This document shows positions 10,102-20,828 of a DNA stretch of 64,000 bases, in pieces (position 1 is the first letter of the stretch; each line of letters starts with the position of its first letter). The translations under genes were made by a program, and so were the position numbers. This stretch comes from Christensenellales bacterium (GTDB lineage Bacteria > Bacillota > Clostridia > Christensenellales > DTU072). Location of the stretch: assembly GCA_050309775.1 (NCBI GenBank), contig JBNRMV010000010.1, positions 23,193-87,192 on the forward strand, in the 5' to 3' direction. The notes below the pieces were generated by a model. The model saw only the letters and a list, made by a program, of their open reading frames with translations. It was not told the origin of the DNA and did no database searches.

Positions 10102-12356
10102 TAAAGAAAAAAATAATTGTAACCGGCATGACCTGTTCGGCATGTTCGGCAAGTGTAGAGAAAGCAGTACGCAAACTTGGCGGTGTCAGCTCCGCCGATG
10201 TCAACTTGCTGTCCAAAACTTTAGAGGTGGTGTTTGACGAACAAATATTGTCAGAGAATGACATAATTGCCGAAATCGAAAGGGCAGGTTATGGCGTTGA
10301 AAAACAAAAAGCCCCCGACAAAAAGAATGTTGCGGCTATTGACGGCGAAATAAAGGATATGCGCACAAGAGTTATAGTGTCCTTTGCTTTTCTGGTGCCG
10401 CTTTTGTACATCTCTATGGGGCATATGCTTGGTTTTCCATTGCCGTCATTTTTGCATGGCTATAAGGGCGCGCTGGCATTTTCGTTTTCACAATTTTTAC
10501 TCACCTTGCCGATATTGATTGTCAACAAGAAGTACTTCACAACAGGTTTCAAAACGCTGATAAGGCGGCATCCGAATATGGATTCTCTCATTGCCATAGG
10601 TTCGTCAGCGGCTGTTGTGTACGGGATATTTGCCATATTCCGCATTGGCGAAGGCTTGGCGGCGCAAAATGCCGAACTGGTGGAAAGGTACAGCATGGAT
10701 TTGTATTTTGAGTCGGCTGCGACCATACTTGCGCTGATTACGCTGGGCAAATATCTTGAGGCAGGCTCAAAGGGCAAGACAAGCGAGGCTATAAGCAAGC
10801 TGCTTGACCTTTCCCCAAAGACCGCCGCAGTCATACGCAATGGCATTGAGCAGGAAATTCACATTGAGGAAGTAGTTGTCGGCGACATAATAGCCGTACG
10901 CCCGGGCGCCGCCATACCCGTTGACGGCGTCATAGTTGAGGGCAATTCGGCGGTAGATGAATCGGCGCTTACAGGAGAGAGCATACCCGTAGAAAAGGTC
11001 GTCGGCAACAAAGTCATAGGCGCCACAATCAACAAGACTGGTTTTTTTAAGTTTGAGGCGCAAAAGGTAGGCGGAGATACGGCATTGTCACAAATCATAA
11101 AATTAGTGGAAGAGGCCGGCTCCTCAAAAGCGCCCATAGCCAAACTGGCGGACAGCATAAGCGGCGTGTTTGTACCCGTTGTTATTGCCATAGCGTTGGT
11201 TTCTTTGATAGCATGGCTGATTGCCGGCAAGGGTGTGGAGTTTTCACTTTCAATTGCCATAGCCGTACTTGTCATATCCTGTCCGTGCGCTTTGGGATTG
11301 GCTACACCCGTAGCCATTATGGTAGCAACAGGCAAGGGGGCTTCAAACGGAATTTTGGTGAAATCAGCCGAAGCCTTGCAGATTGCGCACAAAGTCAGCG
11401 CTGTTGTGCTGGACAAGACAGGCACGGTCACAGAGGGCAAACCCAAGGTTACCGACATTATCACATATGCAGACATGAACGAAACTGCGCTATTGACGCT
11501 GGCCGCCACTATTGAAAAGCCATCGGAGCATCCGCTGGCAGAAGCCGTGTTGCAAAAAGCCGCCCAACAAAACATAGAAATAGGCGCGACCGACAGTTTT
11601 GAAGCTGTCCCGGGCAGAGGCATAATTTGCCAAATAAAAGGAAAGAAGTATTTTGCCGGAAATATGGCGCTTATTGAAAGCGTAGCAGACACAAAAAGCA
11701 TGCAAACTGACTATGAAAGACTTGCCGAGGAGGGCAAAACTCCGCTTGTCTTTGCTGACGAAAACAAAGTATTGGGCATAATTGCCGTCATGGATACGCT
11801 GAAGCCCACAAGCAAAAGCGCTATTGAGCGCCTCAACGCAATGGGCATGGAAGTAATAATGCTGACTGGCGACAACAAGCACACCTCGCAAGCAATTCAG
11901 AATCAGTTGGGCATAGACAAAGTAGTTGCGGAGATTTTGCCGCAGGACAAAGAAGGCGAAATAAGAAAATTGCAGCAAAGCGGAGCAACGGTGGCGATGA
12001 TAGGCGATGGCATAAATGACGCGCCGGCTCTTACGCGCGCCGATGTCGGCATAGCCATAGGCGCAGGCACGGATATAGCCATAGAATCCGCCGATATCGT
12101 ACTGATGAAAAGCGATTTAATGGATGCGGTGACGGCTATTCAGCTCAGCAAAGCCGCTTTCCGCAACATAAAACAAAACTTGTTCTGGGCATTTTTCTAT
12201 AACATAATTGGCATACCGCTTGCCGCAGGAGTGTTCTTTTCGTGGCTTGGGTGGAAACTCAACCCCATGTTTGCCGCGGCGGCAATGAGCTTGAGCTCAA
12301 TATTTGTAGTGACAAATGCGCTCAGACTGCGCTTTTTTAAGCCAAAACACCATTAA
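10098..12356 (+). CDS. copA: copper-translocating P1B-type ATPase
   Basis: N-terminal HMA domain (GMTCSAC), CPC transmembrane motif, DKTGT phosphorylation site, GDGINDAP. Confidence 0.95.
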   Translation: MIKKKIIVTGMTCSACSASVEKAVRKLGGVSSADVNLLSKTLEVVFDEQILSENDIIAEIERAGYGVEKQKAPDKKNVAAIDGEIKDMRTRVIVSFAFLVPLLYISMGHMLGFPLPSFLHGYKGALAFSFSQFLLTLPILIVNKKYFTTGFKTLIRRHPNMDSLIAIGSSAAVVYGIFAIFRIGEGLAAQNAELVERYSMDLYFESAATILALITLGKYLEAGSKGKTSEAISKLLDLSPKTAAVIRNGIEQEIHIEEVVVGDIIAVRPGAAIPVDGVIVEGNSAVDESALTGESIPVEKVVGNKVIGATINKTGFFKFEAQKVGGDTALSQIIKLVEEAGSSKAPIAKLADSISGVFVPVVIAIALVSLIAWLIAGKGVEFSLSIAIAVLVISCPCALGLATPVAIMVATGKGASNGILVKSAEALQIAHKVSAVVLDKTGTVTEGKPKVTDIITYADMNETALLTLAATIEKPSEHPLAEAVLQKAAQQNIEIGATDSFEAVPGRGIICQIKGKKYFAGNMALIESVADTKSMQTDYERLAEEGKTPLVFADENKVLGIIAVMDTLKPTSKSAIERLNAMGMEVIMLTGDNKHTSQAIQNQLGIDKVVAEILPQDKEGEIRKLQQSGATVAMIGDGINDAPALTRADVGIAIGAGTDIAIESADIVLMKSDLMDAVTAIQLSKAAFRNIKQNLFWAFFYNIIGIPLAAGVFFSWLGWKLNPMFAAAAMSLSSIFVVTNALRLRFFKPKHH

Positions 12357-12386
12357 ACAAAGCAATACTATTTTCAGGAGGTTTTT

Positions 12387-12611
12387 ATGAAAAAGATTTT
12401 GGAAATTAACGGAATGAATTGTCAGCATTGCGCAACAAAAGTAGGCAAGGCGCTCAACGCTATCAAGGGAGTAAAGGCAAAAATTGACCTGAAGAAAAAA
12501 CAAGCAATCGTCAAGATGGCGGAGCCCATAGAGGACTCCATTCTCGAAAAAGCCGTCACCGACGCAGGTTATGAGGTGGTTTCGTCAAGGGAAAAGAAAT
12601 CTCTGATTTAG
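12387..12611 (+). CDS. copZ: copper chaperone (HMA domain)
   Basis: 74 aa with an MNCQHC metal-binding motif, directly after copA. Confidence 0.9.
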   Translation: MKKILEINGMNCQHCATKVGKALNAIKGVKAKIDLKKKQAIVKMAEPIEDSILEKAVTDAGYEVVSSREKKSLI

Positions 12612-12615
12612 TTCA

Positions 12616-14454
12616 TTAAGAAAAATCTTCAAGTATAACGGCGCTTACGCCTTCGATTGTGTCAACCTGTTTGCCGCTCAGAAAATCTATAAATGAGCCT
12701 TTGAGTAAATACGGGGTTTTGGAGGGATTGACAATCAGGGTGTGGCGCTGTCTTTTTATGAAAAGCACTCCGCCGTCACAATATATGCCGTCAAAAAGAT
12801 TGCAAAATGCCTGACGGTTTTTTGTGCGCAGCTCTCCAAGTTTTTTGTAATGCTCCAATATGACTTTGTCGGCTTTTTCTTCGACAAAGGTTCTGCGGTT
12901 CAAGGGGTCCTCAAAGCCCTGCATACCTGTTTCGTCGCCATAATAAATCGTCGGCAAGCCGGGAAGGAAGTATTGCAGACAGCTTGCCAACAACAGCCTT
13001 TTGCGCCCTTTTTCGTATTCGGCAGGGGTAAGACGATATTCTTTGCGCTGTTGTTTTGTCGTATTCTTTGTGTTTGCTTTTGACAAAGCGTTTATCACTC
13101 TGACGGTGTCGTGGCTGCCCAGCAGCGTCATGCATACATTCAATGCCGGCATTGGGTAGTTTTCGCATATGGTCATTATTTTTTCAATAAAAGCCGCGGC
13201 ATTATGATGAATGACATAGTCATGAATTGCTTCTTTGAAAGGATAATTCATTACGCCGTCAAGTTGTTTGCCGCGGAAATATTGCCGCTCTTCGCCATAG
13301 CTATGCTTTGTGCTTGCATCCTCCCAAACCTCGCCTATAACCAACGCGTCCTTTGAAGCCGACTTGACTGCGGCATAAATTTTTTCGACAAAGGAGCTTG
13401 ACAGTTCGTCGACTACATCCAGCCGCCAACCGGCAACGCCGGCCTGCGTCCATTTTTCAAGCAAGCCGCCGGCTCCGGCAATCATCTCCTGATAGCCGTA
13501 TGCCTTGCGTGAGACGGTAGGCACGACTGTGATACCCCACCAGCATTCGTATTGGTCGGGGAATTTTTGAAAGGTGTACCAGTCAAAATAGGGGCTGTCT
13601 TTTGATTGATAAGCTCCGACACTGTCATAATGTCCGAACTTGTTGAAATAAACGCTGTCGGCTCCGGTATGGTTGAATACGCCGTCAAGTATGACGCCCA
13701 TGCCGTACTCTTTGGCTTTTTGGAGCAGTTCAACAAATGCCTCGTCGCCGCCCAGCATTGCGTCAACTTTTGAATAGTCGCCTGTATCATAGCGGTGGTT
13801 GCTTGAGGATTCAAATATGGGAGTAAGATAAAGTAAGGTTATGCCCAGCGACTTCAGATAATCAAGTTTTTTGATAATGCCCTTGAAGTTGCCGCCAAAA
13901 AAATCATTTGCGCGGTATACGCCGTCACTGTCAACTATGGTGACATCTTCTTCCCACTGCTTCAGCACTCCGTAGCGCGGCGGCGTTATGTTGCCGTCGG
14001 TAGCAAAACGGTCGGCAAAGATTTGATAAATTATACCGCCGGCATAGTTTTCAGGTACTTTGTAACCTGCGTCGTATACGGACAACTGCCATTCGGGCAG
14101 CCAGTCCTGTATTTTTGCGCAACCGTGTTCGGCCCTGCCGACAAAGGCAATGGCATTGTTGCGTGTTATTTCAAATCGATAAAAATAAGTGCCGCTTTTG
14201 TTGAGATTGAAAGACAGATAAAAAATGTCGTATCCATCTTTTGTGTCAATTTTTGATAGCCGAAGTTTTTTGGTGTGTTCGCCAAGGCGCAGCACCAAAT
14301 CCACCTGCTCGGCGGCATAGTGGATTTTTATGGGAAAAGCTATTTCGATATTTTGGTCGTTGGAAACAGCGCCGAAGGGCTTCTTGTATCTTTGGTCTTG
14401 CGAACAGAAAAGAAGCGGATTATATCTTTTTGATGTTCCAAATCCTTTGAGCAT
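12616..14454 (-). CDS. glycoside hydrolase family 13 protein (neopullulanase/alpha-glycosidase-like, last gene of the glycogen cluster)
   Basis: GH13 conserved regions DGVFNH, GWRLDVVDE, EVWED and LLGSHD. I prefer the start at MLKGFG (14454) over the ORF-track start at 14481. Confidence 0.85.
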   Translation of the reverse strand: MLKGFGTSKRYNPLLFCSQDQRYKKPFGAVSNDQNIEIAFPIKIHYAAEQVDLVLRLGEHTKKLRLSKIDTKDGYDIFYLSFNLNKSGTYFYRFEITRNNAIAFVGRAEHGCAKIQDWLPEWQLSVYDAGYKVPENYAGGIIYQIFADRFATDGNITPPRYGVLKQWEEDVTIVDSDGVYRANDFFGGNFKGIIKKLDYLKSLGITLLYLTPIFESSSNHRYDTGDYSKVDAMLGGDEAFVELLQKAKEYGMGVILDGVFNHTGADSVYFNKFGHYDSVGAYQSKDSPYFDWYTFQKFPDQYECWWGITVVPTVSRKAYGYQEMIAGAGGLLEKWTQAGVAGWRLDVVDELSSSFVEKIYAAVKSASKDALVIGEVWEDASTKHSYGEERQYFRGKQLDGVMNYPFKEAIHDYVIHHNAAAFIEKIMTICENYPMPALNVCMTLLGSHDTVRVINALSKANTKNTTKQQRKEYRLTPAEYEKGRKRLLLASCLQYFLPGLPTIYYGDETGMQGFEDPLNRRTFVEEKADKVILEHYKKLGELRTKNRQAFCNLFDGIYCDGGVLFIKRQRHTLIVNPSKTPYLLKGSFIDFLSGKQVDTIEGVSAVILEDFS

Positions 14455-16837
14455 ACTCCTCCACACTCCTGTCGGCGGCAAAAAAGCCTGCTTTTGCTAT
14501 GTTGACGATACTCATTTTGCCCCAGCGGTATTTGTCAAGGTAGGCGTTGTTCAGGTTTTGTTGCGCCTCACAATAACTGGAGAAGTCGGCAAGCACCATG
14601 TATGGGTCGGCAACTCCGCCTCTGCCTATCGTCAAGGAATCGGCTATTTCGTTGAAACTTCTGCCGCCCCAGCCGTTGCGCAAGCCGTCAATAATGGTTT
14701 TTATGCGTTTGTCATTGGCATAATATGTTGTGGGCTGATAGCAACTCTTGTAAAGCTCCTCAACCTCATGCGCCAGCATGCCGAATATGAAGATATTTTC
14801 GTCGCCCACTCTCTCGTGTATTTCGACATTTGCGCCGTCCATGGTGCCCATGGTTATGGCGCCGTTTATCATAAACTTCATGTTGCCCGTACCTGATGCC
14901 TCTTTGCCGGCAATACTTATTTGTTCGCTGACTTCGGCGGCAGGCATTATGATTTCGGCAAGCGACACACTGTAATTCTCAATAAAGATAACTTTCAACT
15001 TCTCATTTATGCTCTTGTCTTTGTTTATGACTTCGCTGAGCGTGCAGATAAGCCGTATAATTTCTTTTGCCATGAAATAACTTGACGCGGCTTTTGCTCC
15101 GAAAATAAAGGTGCGCGGCTGTATGTCAAGATTGGGGTTGGCTTTCAGTCTATAATACAAGTCTAAGATGTGGAAAACATTGAGCAACTGTCTTTTGTAT
15201 TCGTGCAGGCGCTTTACTTGTACATCAAATATGGAGTCAGGGTCAACAATCGTACAGTTGGCGTTTTTGATATATTCGGCTAAACGCAGTTTGTTGCATC
15301 GTTTTATTTCCGCCATACGGTCAATGACCTGTTTGTTGTTCTGACAGACCAGCAGGTCTTCAAGTTTTGAGGCGTCTTTCAAGAAACCGTCGCCGATTAG
15401 CTCTTTCAAATAGTTCGTCAGCAGGGGATTGGCTTCGCCCGTCCAGCGCCTGTGCGTAATGCCGTTTGTGACATTTGTGAATTTTTGCGGCGCTACTTTG
15501 TAATAATCGGCAAACACTGTTGCTTTCAGAATTTCGCTATGCAGCATGGACACGCCGTTTATGGTGTGAGCGGCGGCAAGGCAAAGGTTTGCCATACGCA
15601 ATTGATTGTGTCCCATGATGGCGTTTGCGGAAATCTTTTCCCATTGGTTGGGGAAGACTTTCCACAAGTCTGCGCAAAAACGCTGATTTATTTCGTGTAC
15701 TATCTGGAAAATTCTTGGCAAAAGGTTTTGAAAAAGGTCCTGCGGCCAAGTTTCCAGCGCCTCTTGCATAACCGTATGGTTTGTGTAAGAAATCGTCTCG
15801 GTGACAATCCTCCATGCGCTGTCCCAGTCATAGCCGTATACATCCAGTAACAGCCGCATGAGTTCGGGTATGCAAAGGGTGGGGTGGGTGTCATTTATGT
15901 GAATGGCTACTTTTTCGGGAAGATTGTCCAAAGAGGGGTTGTATTTCAGATGCTTTTTGATTATGCTTTGGATTGATGCCGACACAAAGAAATATTGCTG
16001 GCGCAATCTGAGCGACTTGCCTTCATAATGATTGTCTGCCGGATAAAGCACCTTTGAGATAGCTTCAGCCATGGCTTTGGCTTCGATAGCTTTGACATAT
16101 TCGCCTCTAGAGAACAGCGTCATATCAAAACCAAGAGGCGCTTTTGCGCTCCATAGGCGGATTGTGTTTACGGCCGGGTTGTCATAGCCGCTTATGTTCA
16201 TGTCATAGGGTATTGCAAGAATGGTGGTGTGACCTTTCTGTTCAATGCGCAGTTTGCCGTCTTCCCAATGCTCCTCAACATGGCCTCCGAAATTGACTTC
16301 AAAAGAGTCCTCTTCACGCTGATTGAGCCATACATCGCCGTTTGCCAGCCAGTCATCGGGAAGCTCCATTTGCCAGCCGTCGACAATCTTTTGCTTGAAA
16401 ATTCCGTATTCATATCTTATGGAAAAACCGCCGGCGGGATAGCCCTGCGAAGTCAGTGAATCAAGGTAGGCGGCGGCAAGTCTGCCCAAGCCTCCGTTGC
16501 CCAGTCCTGCATCGGGTTCAATTTCTATGAGTTCGTCAAGGTCAAAGCCCATTTCTTTTATGGCTGCCCGAGTCTCTTCAAGAATGCAGCTGTTGTAGAG
16601 GTGGTTGCGCAGCGATCTGCCCAGTAAGAACTCCATGGACATATAATAGACCTGTTTCATTCCTTTTTCGCGAACGGTCTTTTTGTAGTCCAGCCTTTTT
16701 TGGGTCAGCATGTCTTTGACAACCAAGCAAAGCGCGCGGTACATAATATTTTTGCTGGCTTCTTCATATTTTATGCCATACATTTTTGCCAGTTTAAGTT
16801 CTATAAGTTCTCTTATTTCATTCTTCGTGTTCATCAA
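14420..16837 (-). CDS. glgP: glycogen/maltodextrin phosphorylase
   Basis: 805 aa with the PLP-site motif EASGTGNMKFMINGA. Confidence 0.95.
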   Translation of the reverse strand: MMNTKNEIRELIELKLAKMYGIKYEEASKNIMYRALCLVVKDMLTQKRLDYKKTVREKGMKQVYYMSMEFLLGRSLRNHLYNSCILEETRAAIKEMGFDLDELIEIEPDAGLGNGGLGRLAAAYLDSLTSQGYPAGGFSIRYEYGIFKQKIVDGWQMELPDDWLANGDVWLNQREEDSFEVNFGGHVEEHWEDGKLRIEQKGHTTILAIPYDMNISGYDNPAVNTIRLWSAKAPLGFDMTLFSRGEYVKAIEAKAMAEAISKVLYPADNHYEGKSLRLRQQYFFVSASIQSIIKKHLKYNPSLDNLPEKVAIHINDTHPTLCIPELMRLLLDVYGYDWDSAWRIVTETISYTNHTVMQEALETWPQDLFQNLLPRIFQIVHEINQRFCADLWKVFPNQWEKISANAIMGHNQLRMANLCLAAAHTINGVSMLHSEILKATVFADYYKVAPQKFTNVTNGITHRRWTGEANPLLTNYLKELIGDGFLKDASKLEDLLVCQNNKQVIDRMAEIKRCNKLRLAEYIKNANCTIVDPDSIFDVQVKRLHEYKRQLLNVFHILDLYYRLKANPNLDIQPRTFIFGAKAASSYFMAKEIIRLICTLSEVINKDKSINEKLKVIFIENYSVSLAEIIMPAAEVSEQISIAGKEASGTGNMKFMINGAITMGTMDGANVEIHERVGDENIFIFGMLAHEVEELYKSCYQPTTYYANDKRIKTIIDGLRNGWGGRSFNEIADSLTIGRGGVADPYMVLADFSSYCEAQQNLNNAYLDKYRWGKMSIVNIAKAGFFAADRSVEEYAQRIWNIKKI

Positions 16838-17084
16838 GTCTCCTCATATGCAGTATATCCTATATAATGCGTTGTCGTTCAAAACGCATAAATAAAAGTT
16901 TAGTGCCAAAAAGTATTTTTGTCAAATCAATAGCCGTCACATAGGCAAGAATATACACAAATAGACTGTTTCTTAGCCAAGATATTCTCTTTTTATGTAA
17001 TATTCTTTTTTCTTAGGGTGCGTTGTTTTGCGTAGGGGAGACTCCCGGTACAAACAGAAGTCTCCGCCGCTCAAAAAATCTGTC

Positions 17085-18500
17085 TTATAAACTTTTGTAT
17101 AAGTTAATGTATTTCCTTGCTTGCTCGTTCCAAGAATAGTCACGCTCCATGGCGTTTTTCATTATGTTCTGCCATTCTTGTTTGTTGTTGTACACCGCCA
17201 GCGCTCTCTTTATGGCGTCAAGCATGTCATAGGCGTTGTAGGTCTTGAAAGTAAAGCCCGTACCCTCGCCACTCTCGGGATTGTAGGGAACAACCGTATC
17301 TTTCAGACCGCCGGTTTCTCTTACTATGGGTATGGTACCGTAGCGCATGGCTATCAGCTGTGATAGTCCGCAGGGTTCAAAGCGTGAAGGCATGAGGAAC
17401 ATATCGGCTCCGCCATAAATTTTTGCCGCAATGTCTTTCGAGAAGTTTATGACGACGGCAAGTTTTGTGGGGAAGCGCCTTGACAATTCTGTCAGGGCGT
17501 TTTCGTATTTCCAGTCGCCTGTGCCAAGTATGACCATTTGAATGTCCAATTGAAGCAGTTCGTCAATGGCCTCCATGATAATGTCCAGACCTTTTTGGTT
17601 GGTCAGCCTTGTGACCATGCCAATCAAGGGTTTGTCAACGACGGGTAGGAAAACAAGCTCTTGCAGTCCGACTTTGTTTTTCTTTTTGCGCGGCAGGCTT
17701 TTTACGGAATAACGCTGGAATAGAGAATCGTCTTTCAGAGGGTCGTAAGACTGAGTGTCAATACCGTTTACTATGCCCGTCAACTTAAAGCTGCGCTTTT
17801 GCAAAATGTTCTCCAGTCCATAGGCATAGTAGGGGTCCATAATCTCTTTTGCATAGGTTTCGGATACCGTAGTGACTATATTGGCTTGCTCAATGCCGGC
17901 TTTCAGCATATTTGTTTTGTTGTCGTACTCGGCGGCTTTGCGATAGCTTTCGGGAATGCCAAAGACATCTGTTATGCAGTTTCTGTCCATTTTGCCTTGG
18001 AACTCTATGTTGTGAATGGTAAACACTGTCTTTATGTTGGCATAGTTCTCGTTCTCACGATAGAAGCTGTCAAGCATAACGGGTACAAGCGCTGTTTGCC
18101 AGTCATTGCAGTGTATTATGTCGGGATAAAAATCCATCAGCGGCAGAACATCAAGTATGGCTTTTGAGAAAAAAGCAAACCTTTCGCCGTCGTCAAAATG
18201 TCCGTATACGCCCTGTCTTTTGAAATAATATTCATTGTCAATGAAATAATATTGCACACCGTTTATGTTATGCGAAAACAATCCTGCGTATTGTCTGCGC
18301 CAGCCCAGGGATACTATTGTAGACCCTAAAAAGAGCATTGTTTGACGATATTTTGAGGGGATACTCTCATATAATGGCAGAATTACTCTGATGTCCTGTT
18401 TTTCTTTTGCTAGGGCAATGGGCAGCGCTCCGCTGACATCGCCAAGACCTCCTGTCCTTATGAAAGGGTCGGCTTCGCTTGTAGCAAACAAAATTTTCAT
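17085..18500 (-). CDS. glgA: glycogen synthase
   Basis: N-terminal KILFATSEADPFIRTGGLGDV (KTGGL-type motif), 471 aa. Confidence 0.95.
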   Translation of the reverse strand: MKILFATSEADPFIRTGGLGDVSGALPIALAKEKQDIRVILPLYESIPSKYRQTMLFLGSTIVSLGWRRQYAGLFSHNINGVQYYFIDNEYYFKRQGVYGHFDDGERFAFFSKAILDVLPLMDFYPDIIHCNDWQTALVPVMLDSFYRENENYANIKTVFTIHNIEFQGKMDRNCITDVFGIPESYRKAAEYDNKTNMLKAGIEQANIVTTVSETYAKEIMDPYYAYGLENILQKRSFKLTGIVNGIDTQSYDPLKDDSLFQRYSVKSLPRKKKNKVGLQELVFLPVVDKPLIGMVTRLTNQKGLDIIMEAIDELLQLDIQMVILGTGDWKYENALTELSRRFPTKLAVVINFSKDIAAKIYGGADMFLMPSRFEPCGLSQLIAMRYGTIPIVRETGGLKDTVVPYNPESGEGTGFTFKTYNAYDMLDAIKRALAVYNNKQEWQNIMKNAMERDYSWNEQARKYINLYKSL

Positions 18501-18512
18501 ATTTTACCTCCT

Positions 18513-19625
18513 TTATACTGTTTTGCCTTTTACTATTACTATCGGGTATGTGATGAATCCGGATATATTCCTGTTCTCGCTTATCAACACATTTTTGTCG
18601 GTTATGGCGTATTGCAACGACGCGCCTTTTTGGACGGAGCCGTTTTCCATTACGATAGAGTTCTTTACGACGGCGCCTTCTTCAATGCGTACATTTCTGA
18701 AAAGTATGCTGTTTTCTACCGTGCCGTTTATGATGCAGCCGTCGGCAATAAGCGAATTTGAGACATTTGCCGCTTGTTTATAAATTGTCGGCACGCTGTC
18801 TTTGACTTTTGTGTAGACTTTGTTGTCCTTTCTGAAAAGCTGTTTTCTTATGTCGAGGTTGAGCATCTTCATGCTTTCTCCGTAATAAGTCTTAATGTCG
18901 TCTACTATAGCGGCATATCCCGTCAGTTCGTAAGCAAAGATTTTTCCGCTGTCAACAAGTTTGAATAGGATATCCTTTTCAAAATCAACAAAGCCTCTGG
19001 CATATGCGCTTTCGACCAGATTGATAAGCAAATCCTTTTTTACCATGTAGATATTCAGGCTTATGAGTTTTTCGTCAGAGCCGCTGCTTTCGGAAATGTA
19101 CATGTCCCTAATTATGTTGTGGGAGTCCTTATTCAGCACTATGCGGCGCGAAGTGGTGGTCTTGCCCAATTTGCAGATGACGGTAACATCCGCCTCTGTT
19201 TCGATATGCTTTTCGTAAATGGCTTCAAAGTCAATGTTGGCGGCAATGTTGCAATTTGAGATAACGACATAGTCTTCCTTGGACTTGCGCATAAAATCAA
19301 GTATTGTATAAAGCGCCTCAATCTTGCCCTTGTAGACTTCTCTTGAAGTGTTGAGTCCGAACGGAGGGAACACGGCTATGCCGCTGTTTTTTCTGTTCAA
19401 ATCCCAATCTCTGCCCATACGGATATGGTCCATAAGCGAAGAATAGTTGCTTCTGGTGACCAGACCAATGTTTGTGATGCCGGAGTTGACAAGGTTTGAC
19501 AGCGTGAAGTCAATCAGACGATACCTTCCGCCAAAGGGCAGCGAAGCTGTTGTTCTGTGTAAAGTAAGTTCATTTAGTTTACTTTCATTTCCTGATGCAA
19601 AAAGAATACTCATTATGTTGTTCAT
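18513..19625 (-). CDS. glgD: glucose-1-phosphate adenylyltransferase, GlgD regulatory subunit
   Basis: GlgC paralogue with a degenerate N-terminal G-rich loop and a C-terminal left-handed beta-helix repeat region. It lies between glgC and glgA, as in Firmicutes. Confidence 0.85.
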   Translation of the reverse strand: MNNIMSILFASGNESKLNELTLHRTTASLPFGGRYRLIDFTLSNLVNSGITNIGLVTRSNYSSLMDHIRMGRDWDLNRKNSGIAVFPPFGLNTSREVYKGKIEALYTILDFMRKSKEDYVVISNCNIAANIDFEAIYEKHIETEADVTVICKLGKTTTSRRIVLNKDSHNIIRDMYISESSGSDEKLISLNIYMVKKDLLINLVESAYARGFVDFEKDILFKLVDSGKIFAYELTGYAAIVDDIKTYYGESMKMLNLDIRKQLFRKDNKVYTKVKDSVPTIYKQAANVSNSLIADGCIINGTVENSILFRNVRIEEGAVVKNSIVMENGSVQKGASLQYAITDKNVLISENRNISGFITYPIVIVKGKTV

Positions 19626-19626
19626 G

Positions 19627-20823
19627 TTAGTTTCCTCCTACCATTTCGCCGGCTTTTACGATAGAGCCTGCTTCCATTTTTATTTCGGGACCAACGACTG
19701 CTATTTGCCATTCGCCTTTTACCGGAGCTTTTTGTCTTGTGCCTATGATTGAATTTTCGCCAATAACCGCATCCCAGCCTATTATGGCATGAGATATCCT
19801 GGCGCCTTCGCCTATAACTGCGCCGGGCATAATTATGGAATCATTTATTTCTGCGTCATGGTCAACCTGCGTGCCGGTAAAAATGATGGAATTGTTTATG
19901 TGTCCGTTTATGTTGCAGCCTTCGCTGATTATTGAATTGCTGACCTTGGCTTCTGCGCCGGTGAAGTGAGGCGGCTCCGCCATATTTCTTGAATATATCT
20001 TCCAGCTGTTGTCATTCAGGCTGATGCCGCAGTCGGCATTGAGTACATCCATATTTGCTTCCCAAAGAGAACTGATGGTGCCGACATCCTTCCAATAACC
20101 GCTGAACTGATATGCAAACATACGCTGCTTATCGGCTAGCATAAGCGGAATAATGTTTTTGCCGAAATCGTTCGATGAGGTCTTGTCCTCTTCGTCGCGT
20201 ATAAGGTATGCGCGCAGTTTGTCCCAAGAGAATATGTAAATTCCCATAGAGGCTTTTGTGGATTTAGGGTTCTTTGGTTTTTCTTCAAATTCATAAATCC
20301 TGTTGTCGTCCTCGGTGTTCATTATGCCGAATCTTGACGCTTCCTCAAGAGGTACATCAAAAACGGCAATTGTGCAGTCGGCATTTTTTTCTTTGTGCGC
20401 CGCAAGCATAAGCGAATAATCCATTTTGTAAATATGGTCGCCTGAAAGCACAAGCACATATTCAGGATTGTATCTGTCTATGAAGTTTATGTTTTGGCAT
20501 ATTGCGTTGGCTGTGCCTTTGTACCATTCGCCGCTTTTGGCTTTTTGGTAGGGCGGCAGTACAAAAGCTCCGCCGTTCAGTCTGTCCAAATCCCACGGCT
20601 GGCCGTTTCCGATATATTGGTTCAGCTCAAAGGGTTGGTATTGTGTCAGGATACCGATGGTGTCGATACCTGAGTTTATGGTGTTGGACAAGGGAAAGTC
20701 AATTATTCTGTATTTCCCCCCGAAAGGCACAGCAGGTTTTGCGACATTTTGCGTCAAGACGCCCAGCCGCGTTCCTTGCCCGCCTGCCAGCAACATGGCT
20801 ACACATTCTTTTCTACTTAGCAT
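19627..20823 (-). CDS. glgC: glucose-1-phosphate adenylyltransferase
   Basis: [13 protein letters not shown] nucleotide-binding loop, 398 aa. Confidence 0.95.
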   Translation of the reverse strand: MLSRKECVAMLLAGGQGTRLGVLTQNVAKPAVPFGGKYRIIDFPLSNTINSGIDTIGILTQYQPFELNQYIGNGQPWDLDRLNGGAFVLPPYQKAKSGEWYKGTANAICQNINFIDRYNPEYVLVLSGDHIYKMDYSLMLAAHKEKNADCTIAVFDVPLEEASRFGIMNTEDDNRIYEFEEKPKNPKSTKASMGIYIFSWDKLRAYLIRDEEDKTSSNDFGKNIIPLMLADKQRMFAYQFSGYWKDVGTISSLWEANMDVLNADCGISLNDNSWKIYSRNMAEPPHFTGAEAKVSNSIISEGCNINGHINNSIIFTGTQVDHDAEINDSIIMPGAVIGEGARISHAIIGWDAVIGENSIIGTRQKAPVKGEWQIAVVGPEIKMEAGSIVKAGEMVGGN

Positions 20824-20828
20824 TTTGG

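Noticed and set aside
10859-11701. 280-aa minus-strand ORF and other antisense ORFs within copA
   Set aside because: It overlaps a clearly identified P-type ATPase. The translation is Ala/Ser/Thr-rich antisense-frame artefact.
14420-14454. 35-nt overlap between the glgP end and the GH13 gene start as a sign of frameshift or fusion
   Set aside because: Both ORFs are intact with family-typical termini. The overlap depends on start choice and is compatible with ordinary translational coupling.
17036-17066. 11-bp-stem hairpin (GGAGACTTCTG / CGGGAGTCTCC) downstream of glgA as an intrinsic terminator
   Set aside because: No U-tract follows it on the minus strand. It may be a processing or stability element, but I cannot support a terminator call.
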